The notes beneath the pieces were generated by a model. It ran no database searches, was not told the DNA's origin, and saw only the letters and a list, made by a program, of their open reading frames with translations. Shown here one piece after another: positions 1-12,182 of a stretch of DNA of 64,000 bases. This stretch comes from Balanoglossus misakiensis (lineage: Eukaryota; Animalia; Hemichordata): the NCBI GenBank assembly GCA_040954595.2, contig CM082596.2, positions 2,718,656-2,782,655 of the forward strand. Direction: 5' to 3'. The position numbers were made by a program, and so were the translations under genes. Position 1 is the first letter of the stretch, and the number at the start of each line of letters is the position of its first letter.

Positions 1-3000
1 AGCCCATGAAAATCGTCAGAACCTCAATTTTTCGACTTCGCGAATTCAAAATCTGGTGATTTTTGATAAAAGCAGGAGAGATACACATCTCGTGAGAGTA
101 AATCGTCCAGAAACCTCAATTTTTCGACTTCGCGAATTTTCAAAATTCTGGTGATTTTTTGATAAAAAGCATGGGTTATAGCCCATGAAAGTAAAATCGT
201 CCAGAAACCTCAATTTTTCGACTTCGCGAATTTTCAAAATCTGGTGATTTTTTGATAAAAAGCATGGGTTATAGCCCATGAAAATCGTCCAGAAACCTCA
301 ATTTTTCGACTTCGCGAATTTTCAAAATCTGGTGATTTTTTGATAAAAAGCATGGGTTATAGCCCATGAAAATCGTCCAGAAACCTCAATTTTTCGACTT
401 CGCGAATTTTCAAAATCTGGTGATTTTTGATAAAAAGCATGGGTTATAGCCCATGAAAATCGTCCAGAAACCTCAATTTTTCGACTTCGCGAATTTTCAA
501 AATCTGGTGATTTTTTGATAAAAAGCATGGGTTATAGCCCATCTCTCGGAGAGAAATCGTCCAGAAACCTCAATTTTTCGACTTCGCGAATTTTCAAAAT
601 CTGGTGATTTTTTGATAAAAAGCATGGGTTATAGCCCATGAAAATCGTCCAGAAACCTCAATTTTTCGACTTCGCGAATTTTCAAAATCTGGTGATTTTT
701 TGATAAAAAGCATGGGTTATAGCCCATGAAAATCGTCCAGAAACCTCAATTTTTCGACTTCGCGAATTTTCAAAATCTGGTGATTTTTTGATAAAAAGCA
801 TGGGTTATAGCCCATGAAAATCGTCCAGAAACCTCAATTTTTCGACTTCGCGAATTTTCAAAATCTGGTGATTTTTTGATAAAAAGCATGGGTTATAGCC
901 CATGAAAATCGTCCAGAAACCTCAATTTTTCGACTTCGCGAATTTTCAAAATCTGGTGATTTTTTGATAAAAATCATGGGTTATAGCCCATGAAAATCGT
1001 CCAGAAACCTCAATTTTTCGACTTCGCGAATTTTCAAAATCTGGTGATTTTTTGATAAAAATCATGGGTTATAGCCCATGAAAATCGTCCAGAAACCTCA
1101 ATTTTTCGACTTCGCGAATTTTCAAAATCTGGTGATTTTTTGATAAAAATCATGGGTTATAGCCCATGAAAATCGTCCAGAAACCTCAATTTTTCGACTT
1201 CGCGAATTTTCAAAATCTGGTGATTTTTTGATAAAAATCATGGGTTATAGCCCATGAAAATCGTCCAGAAACCTCAATTTTTCGACTTCGCGAATTTTCA
1301 AAATCTGGTGATTTTTTGATAAAAATCATGGGTTATAGCCCATGAAAATCGTCCAGAAACCTCAATTTTTCGACTTCGCGAATTTTCAAAATCTGGTGAT
1401 TTTTTGATAAAAATCATGGGTTATAGCCCATGAAAATCGTCCAGAAACCTCAATTTTTCGACTTCGCGAATTTTCAAAATCTGGTGATTTTTTGATAAAA
1501 ATCATGGGTTATAGCCCATGAAAATCGTCCAGAAACCTCAATTTTTCGACTTCGCGAATTTTCAAAATCTGGTGATTTTTTGATAAAAATCATGGGTTAT
1601 AGCCCATGAAAATCGTCCAGAAACCTCAATTTTTCGACTTCGCGAATTTTCAAAATCTGGTGATTTTTTGATAAAAAGCATGGGTTATAGCCCATGAAAA
1701 TCGTCCAGAAACCTCAATTTTTCGACTTCGCGAATTTTCAAAATCTGGTGATTTTTTGATAAAAAGCATGGGTTATAGCCCATGAAAATCGTCCAGAAAC
1801 CTCAATTTTTCGACTTCGCGAATTTTCAAAATCTGGTGATTTTTTGATAAAAAGCATGGGTTATAGCCCATGAAAATCGTCCAGAAACCTCAATTTTTCG
1901 ACTTCGCGAATTTTCAAAATCTGGTGATTTTTTGATAAAAAGCATGGGTTATAGCCCATGAAAATCGTCCAGAAACCTCAATTTTTCGACTTCGCGAATT
2001 TTCAAAATCTGGTGATTTTTTGATAAAAAGCATGGGTTATAGCCCATGAAAATCGTCCAGAAACCTCAATTTTTCGACTTCGCGAATTTTCAAAATCTGG
2101 TGATTTTTTGATAAAAAGCATGGGTTATAGCCCATGAAAATCGTCCAGAAACCTCAATTTTTCGACTTCGCGAATTTTCAAAATCTGGTGATTTTTTGAT
2201 AAAAAGCATGGGTTATAGCCCATGAAAATCGTCCAGAAACCTCAATTTTTCGACTTCGCGAATTTTCAAAATCTGGTGATTTTTTGATAAAAAGCATGGG
2301 TTATAGCCCATGAAAATCGTCCAGAAACCTCAATTTTTCGACTTCGCGAATTTTCAAAATCTGGTGATTTTTTGATAAAAAGCATGGGTTATAGCCCATG
2401 AAAATCGTCCAGAAACCTCAATTTTTCGACTTCGCGAATTTTCAAAATCTGGTGATTTTTTGATAAAAAGCATGGGTTATAGCCCATGAAAATCGTCCAG
2501 AAACCTCAATTTTTCGACTTCGCGAATTTTCAAAATCTGGTGATTTTTTGATAAAAAGCATGGGTTATAGCCCATGAAAATCGTCCAGAAACCTCAATTT
2601 TTCGACTTCGCGAATTTTCAAAATCTGGTGATTTTTTGATAAAAAGCATGGGTTATAGCCCATGAAAATCGTCCAGAAACCTCAATTTTTCGACTTCGCG
2701 AATTTTCAAAATCTGGTGATTTTTTGATAAAAAGCATGGGTTATAGCCCATGAAAATCGTCCAGAAACCTCAATTTTTCGACTTCGCGAATTTTCAAAAT
2801 CTGGTGATTTTTTGATAAAAAGCATGGGTTATAGCCCATGAAAATCGTCCAGAAACCTCAATTTTTCGACTTCGCGAATTTTCAAAATCTGGTGATTTTT
2901 TGATAAAAAGCATGGGTTATAGCCCATGAAAATCGTCCAGAAACCTCAATTTTTCGACTTCGCGAATTTTCAAAATCTGGTGATGTTTTGATAAAAAGCA

Positions 3001-6000
3001 TGGGTTATAGCCCATGAAAATCGTCCAGAAACCTCAATTTTTCGACTTCGCGAATTTTCAAAATCTGGTGATTTTTTGATAAAAAGCATGGGTTATAGCC
3101 CATGAAAATCGTCCAGAAACCTCAATTTTTCGACTTCGCGAATTTTCAAAATCTGGTGATTTTTTGATAAAAAGCATGGGTTATAGCCCATGAAAATCGT
3201 CCAGAAACCTCAATTTTTCGACTTCGCGAATTTTCAAAATCTGGTGATTTTTTGATAAAAAGCATGGGTTATAGCCCATGAAAATCGTCCAGAAACCTCA
3301 ATTTTTCGACTTCGCGAATTTTCAAAATCTGGTGATTTTTTGATAAAAAGCATGGGTTATAGCCCATGAAAATCGTCCAGAAACCTCAATTTTTCGACTT
3401 CGCGAATTTTCAAAATCTGGTGATTTTTTTATAAAAAGCATGGGTTATAGCCCATGAAAATCGTCCAGAAACCTCAATTTTTCGACATCGCGAATTTTCA
3501 AAATCTGGTGATTTTTTGATAAAAAGCATGGGTTATAGCCCATGAAAATCGTCCAGAAACCTCAATTTTTCGACTTCGCGAATTTTCAAAATCTGGTGAT
3601 TTTTTGATAAAAAGCATGGGTTATAGCCCATGAAAATCGTCCAGAAACCTCAATTTTTCGACTTCGCGAATTTTCAAAATCTGGTGATTTTTTGATAAAA
3701 AGCATGGGTTATAGCCCATGAAAATCGTCCAGAAACCTCAATTTTTCGACTTCGCGAATTTTCAAAATCTGGTGATTTTTTGATAAAAAGCATGGGTTAT
3801 AGCCCATGAAAATCGTCCAGAAACCTCAATTTTTCGACTTCGCGAATTTTCAAAATCTGGTGATTTTTTGATAAAAAGCATGGGTTATAGCCCATGAAAA
3901 TCGTCCAGAAACCTCAATTTTTCGACTTCGCGAATTTTCAAAATCTGGTGATTTTTTGATAAAAAGCATGGGTTATAGCCCATGAAAATCGTCCAGAAAC
4001 CTCAATTTTTCGACTTCGCGAATTTTCAAATCTGGTGATTTTTTGATAAAAAGCATGGGTTATAGCCCATGAAAATCGTCCAGAAACCTCAATTTTTCGA
4101 CTTCGCGAATTTTCAAAATCTGGTGATTTTTTGATAAAAAGCATGGGTTATAGCCCATGAAAATCGTCCAGAAACCTCAATTTTTCGACTTCGCGAATTT
4201 TCAAAATCTGGTGATTTTTTGATAAAAAGCATGGGTTATAGCCCATGAAAATCGTCCAGAAACCTCAATTTTTCGACTTCGCGAATTTTCAAAATCTGGT
4301 GATTTTTTGATAAAAAGCATGGGTTATAGCCCATGAAAATCGTCCAGAAACCTCAATTTTTCGACTTCGCGAATTTTCAAAATCTGGTGATTTTTTGATA
4401 AAAAGCATGGGTTATAGCTCATGAAAATCGTCCAGAAACCTCAATTTTTCGACTTCGCGAATTTTCAAAATCTGGTGATTTTTTGATAAAAAGCATGGGT
4501 TATAGCCCATGAAAATCGTCCAGAAACCTCAATTTTTCGACTTCGCGAATTTTCAAAATCTGGTGATTTTTTGATAAAAAGCATGGGTTATAGCCCATGA
4601 AAATCGTCCAGAAACCTCAATTTTTCGACTTCGCGAATTTTCAAAATCTGGTGATTTTTTGATAAAAAGCATGGGTTATAGCCCATGAAAATCGTCCAGA
4701 AACCTCAATTTTTCGACTTCGCGAATTTTCAAAATCTGGTGATTTTTTGATAAAAAGCATGGGTTATAGCCCATGAAAATCGTCCAGAAACCTCAATTTT
4801 TCGACTTCGCGAATTTTCAAAATCTGGTGATTTTTTGATAAAAAGCATGGGTTATAGCCCATGAAAATCGTCCAGAAACCTCAATTTTTCGACTTCGCGA
4901 ATTTTCAAAATCTGGTGATTTTTTGATAAAAAGCATGGGTTATAGCCCATGAAAATCGTCCAGAAACCTCAATTTTTCGACTTCGCGAATTTTCAAAATC
5001 TGGTGATGTTTTGATAAAAAGCATGGGTTATAGCCCATGAAAATCGTCCAGAAACCTCAATTTTTCGACTTCGCGAATTTTCAAAATCTGGTGATTTTTT
5101 GATAAAAAGCATGGGTTATAGCCCATGAAAATCGTCCAGAAACCTCAATTTTTCGACTTCGCGAATTTTCAAAATCTGGTGATTTTTTGATAAAAAGCAT
5201 GGGTTATAGCCCATGAAAATCGTCCAGAAACCTCAATTTTTCGACTTCGCGAATTTTCAAAATCTGGTGATTTTTTGATAAAAAGCATGGGTTATAGCCC
5301 ATGAAAATCGTCCAGAAACCTCAATTTTTCGACTTCGCGAATTTTCAAAATCTGGTGATTTTTTGATAAAAAGCATGGGTTATAGCCCATGAAAATCGTC
5401 CAGAAACCTCAATTTTTCGACTTCGCGAATTTTCAAAATCTGGTGATTTTTTTATAAAAAGCATGGGTTATAGCCCATGAAAATCGTCCAGAAACCTCAA
5501 TTTTTCGACATCGCGAATTTTCAAAATCTGGTGATTTTTTTGATAAAAAGCATGGGTTATAGCCCATGAAAATCGTCCAGAAACCTCAATTTTTCGACTT
5601 CGCGAATTTTCAAAATCTGGTGATTTTTTGATAAAAAGCATGGGTTATAGCCCATGAAAATCGTCCAGAAACCTCAATTTTTCGACTTCGCGAATTTTCA
5701 AAATCTGGTGATTTTTTGATAAAAAGCATGGGTTATAGCCCATGAAAATCGTCCAGAAACCTCAATTTTTCGACTTCGCGAATTTTCAAAATCTGGTGAT
5801 TTTTTGATGAAAAGCATGGGTTATAGCCCATGAAAATCGTCCAGAAACCTCAATTTTTCGACTTCGCGAATTTTCAAAATCTGGTGATTTTTTGATAAAA
5901 AGCATGGGTTATAGCCCATGAAAATCGTCCAGAAACCTCAATTTTTCGACTTCGCGAATTTTCAAAATCTGGTGATTTTTTGATGAAAAGCATGGGTTAT

Positions 6001-9000
6001 AGCCCATGAAAATCGTCCAGAAACCTCAATTTTTCGACTTCGCGAATTTTCAAAATCTGGTGATTTTTTGATGAAAAGCATGGGTTATAGCCCATGAAAA
6101 TCGTCCAGAAACCTCAATTTTTCGACTTCGCGAATTTTCAAAATCTGGTGATTTTTTGATAAAAATCATGGGTTATAGCCCATGAAAATCGTCCAGAAAC
6201 CTCAATTTTTCGACTTCGCGAATTTTCAAAATCTGGTGATTTTTTGATGAAAATCATGGGTTATAGCCCATGAAAATCGTCCAGAAACCTCAATTTTTCG
6301 ACTTCGCGAATTTTCAAAATCTGGTGATTTTTTGATGAAAATCATGGGTTATAGCCCATGAAAATCGTCCAGAAACCTCAATTTTTCGACTTCGCGAATT
6401 TTCAAAATCTGGTGATTTTTTGATGAAAATCATGGGTTATAGCCCATGAAAATCGTCCAGAAACCTCAATTTTTCGACTTCGCGAATTTTCAAAATCTGG
6501 TGATTTTTTGATAAAAATCATGGGTTATAGCCCATGAAAATCGTCCAGAAACCTCAATTTTTCGACTTCGCGAATTTTCAAAATCTGGTGATTTTTTGAT
6601 AAAAATCATGGGTTATAGCCCATGAAAATCGTCCAGAAACCTCAATTTTTCGACTTCGCGAATTTTCAAAATCTGGTGATTTTTTGATAAAAATCATGGG
6701 TTATAGCCCATGAAAATCGTCCAGAAACCTCAATTTTTCGACTTCGCGAATTTTCAAAATCTGGTGATTTTTTGATAAAAATCATGGGTTATAGCCCATG
6801 AAAATCGTCCAGAAACCTCAATTTTTCGACTTCGCGAATTTTCAAAATCTGGTGATTTTTTGATAAAAAGCATGGGTTATAGCCCATGAAAATCGTCCAG
6901 AAACCTCAATTTTTCGACTTCGCGAATTTTCAAAATCTGGTGATTTTTTGATAAAAAGCATGGGTTATAGCCCATGAAAATCGTCCAGAAACCTCAATTT
7001 TTCGACTTCGCGAATTTTCAAAATCTGGTGATTTTTTGATAAAAAGCATGGGTTATAGCCCATGAAAATCGTCCAGAAACCTCAATTTTTCGACTTCGCG
7101 AATTTTCAAAATCTGGTGATTTTTTGATAAAAAGCATGGGTTATAGCCCATGAAAATCGTCCAGAAACCTCAATTTTTCGACTTCGCGAATTTTCAAAAT
7201 CTGGTGATTTTTTGATAAAAAGCATGGGTTATAGCCCATGAAAATCGTCCAGAAACCTCAATTTTTCGACTTTGCGAATTTTCAAAATCTGGTGATTTTT
7301 TGATGAAAATCATGGGTTATAGCCCATGAAAATCGTCCAGAAACCTCAATTTTTCGACTTCGCGAATTTTCAAAATCTGGTGATTTTTTGATGAAAAGCA
7401 TGGGTTATAGCCCATGAAAATCGTCCAGAAACCTCAATTTTTCGACTTCGCGAATTTTCAAAATCTGGTGATTTTTTGATGAAAAGCATGGGTTATAGCC
7501 CATGAAAATCGTCCAGAAACCTCAATTTTTCGACTTCGCGAATTTTCAAAATCTGGTGATTTTTTGATGAAAAGCATGGGTTATAGCCCATGAAAATCGT
7601 CCAGAAACCTCAATTTTTCGACTTCGCGAATTTTAAAAATCTGGTGATTTTTTGATAAAAAGCATGGGTTATAGCCCATGAAAATCGTCCAGAAACCTCA
7701 ATTTTTCGACTTCGCGAATTTTCAAAATCTGGTGATTTTTTGATGAAAATCATGGGTTATAGCCCATGAAAATCGTCCAGAAACCTCAATTTTTCGACTT
7801 CGCGAATTTTCAAAATCTGGTGATTTTTTGATAAAAATCATGGGTTATAGCCCATGAAAATCGTCCAGAAACCTCAATTTTTCGACTTCGCGAATTTTCA
7901 AAATCTGGTGATTTTTTGATAAAAATCATGGGTTATAGCCCATGAAAATCGTCCAGAAACCTCAATTTTTCGACTTCGCGAATTTTCAAAATCTGGTGAT
8001 TTTTTGATAAAAATCATGGGTTATAGCCCATGAAAATCGTCCAGAAACCTCAATTTTTCGACTTCGCGAATTTTCAAAATCTGGTGATTTTTTGATAAAA
8101 ATCATGGGTTATAGCCCATGAAAATCGTCCAGAAACCTCAATTTTTCGACTTCGCGAATTTTCAAAATCTGGTGATTATTTGATAAAAAGCATGGGTTAT
8201 AGCCCATGAAAATCGTCCAGAAACCTCAATTTTTCGACTTCGCGAATTTTCAAAATCTGGTGATTTTTTGATAAAAAGCATGGGTTATAGCCCATGAAAA
8301 TCGTCCAGAAACCTCAATTTTTCGACTTCGCGAATTTTCAAAATCTGGTGATTTTTTGATAAAAAGCATGGGTTATAGCCCATGAAAATCGTCCAGAAAC
8401 CTCAATTTTTCGACTTCGCGAATTTTCAAAATCTGGTGATTTTTTGATAAAAAGCATGGGTTATAGCCCATGAAAATCGTCCAGAAACCTCAATTTTTCG
8501 ACTTCGCGAATTTTCAAAATCTGGTGATTTTTTGATGAAAATCATGGGTTATAGCCCATGAAAATCGTCCAGAAACCTCAATTTTTCGACTTCGCGAATT
8601 TTCAAAATCTGGTGATTTTTTGATAAAAATCATGGGTTATAGCCCATGAAAATCGTCCAGAAACCTCAATTTTTCGACTTCGCGAATTTTCAAAATCTGG
8701 TGATTTTTTGATAAAAATCATGGGTTATAGCCCATGAAAATCGTCCAGAAACCTCAATTTTTCGACTTCGCGAATTTTCAAAATCTGGTGATTTTTTGAT
8801 AAAAATCATGGGTTATAGCCCATGAAAATCGTCCAGAAACCTCAATTTTTCGACTTCGCGAATTTTCAAAATCTGGTGATTTTTTGATAAAAATCATGGG
8901 TTATAGCCCATGAAAATCGTCCAGAAACCTCAATTTTTCGACTTCGCGAATTTTCAAAATCTGGTGATTTTTTGATAAAAATCATGGGTTATAGCCCTTG

Positions 9001-11951
9001 AAAATCGTCCAGAAACCTCAATTTTTCGACTTCGCGAATTTTCAAAATCTGGTGATTTTTTGATAAAAATCATGGGTTATAGCCCATGAAAATCGTCCAG
9101 AAACCTCAATTTTTCGACTTCGCGAATTTTCAAAATCTGGTGATTTTTTGATAAAAATCATGGGTTATAGCCCATGAAAATCGTCCAGAAACCTCAATTT
9201 TTCGACTTCGCGAATTTTCAAAATCTGGTGATTTTTTGATAAAAATCATGGGTTATAGCCCATGAAAATCGTCCAGAAACCTCAATTTTTCGACTTCGCG
9301 AATTTTCAAAATCTGGTGATTTTTTGATAAAAATCATGGGTTATAGCCCATGAAAATCGTCCAGAAACCTCAATTTTTCGACTTCGCGAATTTTCAAAAT
9401 CTGGTGATTTTTTGATAAAAAGCATGGGTTATAGCCCATGAAAATCGTCCAGAAACCTCAATTTTTCGACTTCGCGAATTTTCAAAATCTGGTGATTTTT
9501 TGATAAAAAGCATGGGTTATAGCCCATGAAAATCGTCCAGAAACCTCAATTTTTCGACTTCGCGAATTTTCAAAATCTGGTGATTTTTTGATAAAAAGCA
9601 TGGGTTATAGCCCATGAAAATCGTCCAGAAACCTCAATTTTTCGACTTCGCGAATTTTCAAAATCTGGTGATTTTTTGATAAAAATCATGGGTTATAGCC
9701 CATGAAAATCGTCCAGAAACCTCAATTTTTCGACTTCGCGAATTTTCAAAATCTGGTGATTTTTTGATAAAAATCATGGGTTATAGCCCATGAAAATCGT
9801 CCAGAAACCTCAATTTTTCGACTTCGCGAATTTTCAAAATCTGGTGATTTTTTGATAAAAAGCATGGGTTATAGCCCATGAAAATCGTCCAGAAACCTCA
9901 ATTTTTCGACTTCGCGAATTTTCAAAATCTGGTGATTTTTTGATAAAAAGCATGGGTTATAGCCCATGAAAATCGTCCAGAAACCTCAATTTTTCGACTT
10001 CGCGAATTTTCAAAATCTGGTGATTTTTTGATAAAAAGCATGGGTTATAGCCCATGAAAATCGTCCAGAAACCTCAATTTTTCGACTTCGCGAATTTTCA
10101 AAATCTGGTGATTTTTTGATAAAAATCATGGGTTATAGCCCATGAAAATCGTCCAGAAACCTCAATTTTTCGACTTCGCGAATTTTCAAAATCTGGTGAT
10201 TTTTTGATAAAAATCATGGGTTATAGCCCATGAAAATCGTCCAGAAACCTCAATTTTTCGACTTCGCGAATTTTCAAAATCTGGTGATTTTTTGATAAAA
10301 ATCATGGGTTATAGCCCATGAAAATCGTCCAGAAACCTCAATTTTTCGACTTCGCGAATTTTCAAAATCTGGTGATTTTTTGATAAAAAGCATGGGTTAT
10401 AGCCCATGAAAATCGTCCAGAAACCTCAATTTTTCGACTTCGCGAATTTTCAAAATCTGGTGATTTTTTGATAAAAATCATGGGTTATAGCCCATGAAAA
10501 TCGTCCAGAAACCTCAATTTTTCGACTTCGCGAATTTTCAAAATCTGGTGATTTTTTGATAAAAATCATGGGTTATAGCCCATGAAAATCGTCCAGAAAC
10601 CTCAATTTTTCGACTTCGCGAATTTTCAAAATCTGGTGATTTTTTGATAAAAAGCATGGGTTATAGCCCATGAAAATCGTCCAGAAACCTCAATTTTTCG
10701 ACTTCGCGAATTTTCAAAATCTGGTGATTTTTTGATAAAAAGCATGGGTTATAGCCCATGAAAATCGTCCAGAAACCTCAATTTTTCGACTTCGCGAATT
10801 TTCAAAAACTGGTGATTTTTTGATAAAAAGCATGGGTTATAGCCCATGAAAATCGTCCAGAAACCTCAATTTTTCGACTTCGCGAATTTTCAAAATCTGG
10901 TGATTTTTTGATAAAAAGCATGGGTTATAGCCCATGAAAATCGTCCAGAAACCTCAATTTTTCGACTTCGCGAATTTTCAAAATCTGGTGATTTTTTGAT
11001 AAAAAGCATGGGTTATAGCCCATGAAAATCGTCCAGAAACCTCAATTTTTCGTCTTCGCGAATTTTCAAAATCTGATGATTTTTTGATAAAAAGCATGGG
11101 TTATAGCCCATGAAAATCGTCCAGAAACCTCAATTTTTCGACTTCGCGAATTTTCAAAATCTGGTGATTTTTTGATAAAAAGCATGGGTTATAGCCCATG
11201 AAAATCGTCCAGAAACCTCAATTTTTCGACTTCGCGAATTTTCAAAATCTGGTGATTTTTTGATAAAAAGCATGGGTTATAGCCCATGAAAATCGTCCAG
11301 AAACCTCAATTTTTCGACTTCGCGAATTTTCAAAATCTGGTGATTTTTTGATAAAAAGCATGGGTTATAGCCCATGAAAATCGTCCAGAAACCTCAATTT
11401 TCGACTTCGCGAATTTTCAAAATCTGGTGATTTTTTGATAAAAAGCATGGGTTATAGCCCATGAAAATCGTCCAGAAACCTCAATTTTTCGACTTCGCGA
11501 ATTTTCAAAATCTGGTGATTTTTTGATAAAAAGCATGGGTTATAGCCCATGAAAATCGTCCAGAAACCTCAATTTTTCGACTTCGCGAATTTTCAAAATC
11601 TGGTGATTTTTTGATAAAAAGCATGGGTTATAGCCCATGAAAATCGTCCAGAAACCTCAATTTTTCGACTTCGCGAATTTTCAAAATCTGGTGATTTTTT
11701 GATAAAAAGCATGGGTTATAGCCCATGAAAATCGTCCAGAAACCTCAATTTTTCGACTTCGCGAATTTTCAAAATCTGGTGATTTTTTGATAAAAAGCAT
11801 GGGTTATAGCCCATGAAAATCGTCCAGAAACCTCAATTTTTCGACTTCGCGAATTTTCAAAATCTGGTGATTTTTTGATAAAAAGCATGGGTTATAGCCC
11901 ATGAAAATCGTCCAGAAACCTCAATTTTTCGACTTCGCGAATTTTCAAAAT
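1..11951. repeat. Tandem satellite array, 88-bp monomer, about 136 copies
   Basis: Monomer AGCCCATGAAAATCGTCCAGAAACCTCAATTTTTCGACTTCGCGAATTTTCAAAATCTGGTGATTTTTTGATAAAAA(G/T)CATGGGTTAT recurs every 88 bp (e.g. 721, 809; 721 to 2041 = 15 x 88). The array runs off the left window edge and stops abruptly at about 11951. Confidence 0.99.
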
Positions 11952-11983
11952 GGGTAAAAAATAAAAGATCAAAACTCAATGAG

Positions 11984-12055
11984 AAGACATTGGCAGGTTT
12001 TGAACCCCAGTCCTCCAATCATTAGTTCAAACCTTAGCCACTGACCCAGGGAGAT
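11984..12055 (-). pseudogene. Degenerate tRNA-like sequence / tRNA-derived SINE head with Pol III A and B boxes
   Basis: Minus strand reads ...CCC TGGGTCAGTGG CTAAGGTTTGAA CTAATGA TTGGAGGACTGG GGTTCAAAACC TGCC. This gives an A-box-like motif at 12038-12048, an anticodon-loop-like CTAATGA (AAT, Ile-like) at 12019-12025 and a B box at 11996-12006. Acceptor and anticodon stems do not pair, so it is not a functional tRNA. Confidence 0.55.
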
Positions 12056-12127
12056 TGGTGAAGTATAAGACCCCAAAAGTGCTATATAATGATCAAACTC
12101 ATCAAATTTTTAAAAAAAAGTAAGTAT

Positions 12128-12182
12128 GGCTCGGTCTCATTATAGTCAGTACTGTTAAAACTAACTATAATGAGACCGAGCC
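12128..12182. repeat. Perfect 19-bp inverted repeat (hairpin, 17-nt loop)
   Basis: GGCTCGGTCTCATTATAGT (12128-12146) and ACTATAATGAGACCGAGCC (12164-12182) are exact reverse complements. Confidence 0.95.

Noticed and set aside
752-770. CENP-B box in the monomer (TTCG...CG)
   Set aside because: Does not match the TTCGnnnnAnnCGGG core spacing.
46-4144. Short ORFs within the satellite
   Set aside because: They arise only where 1-bp indels bypass the monomer's stop codons.
1-11951. CRISPR array interpretation of the palindrome-containing repeat
   Set aside because: No unique spacers (monomers are contiguous and near-identical), no cas genes, eukaryotic context.
11984-12055. Functional tRNA-Ile gene
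   Set aside because: Acceptor and anticodon stems do not base-pair; kept only as tRNA-like.
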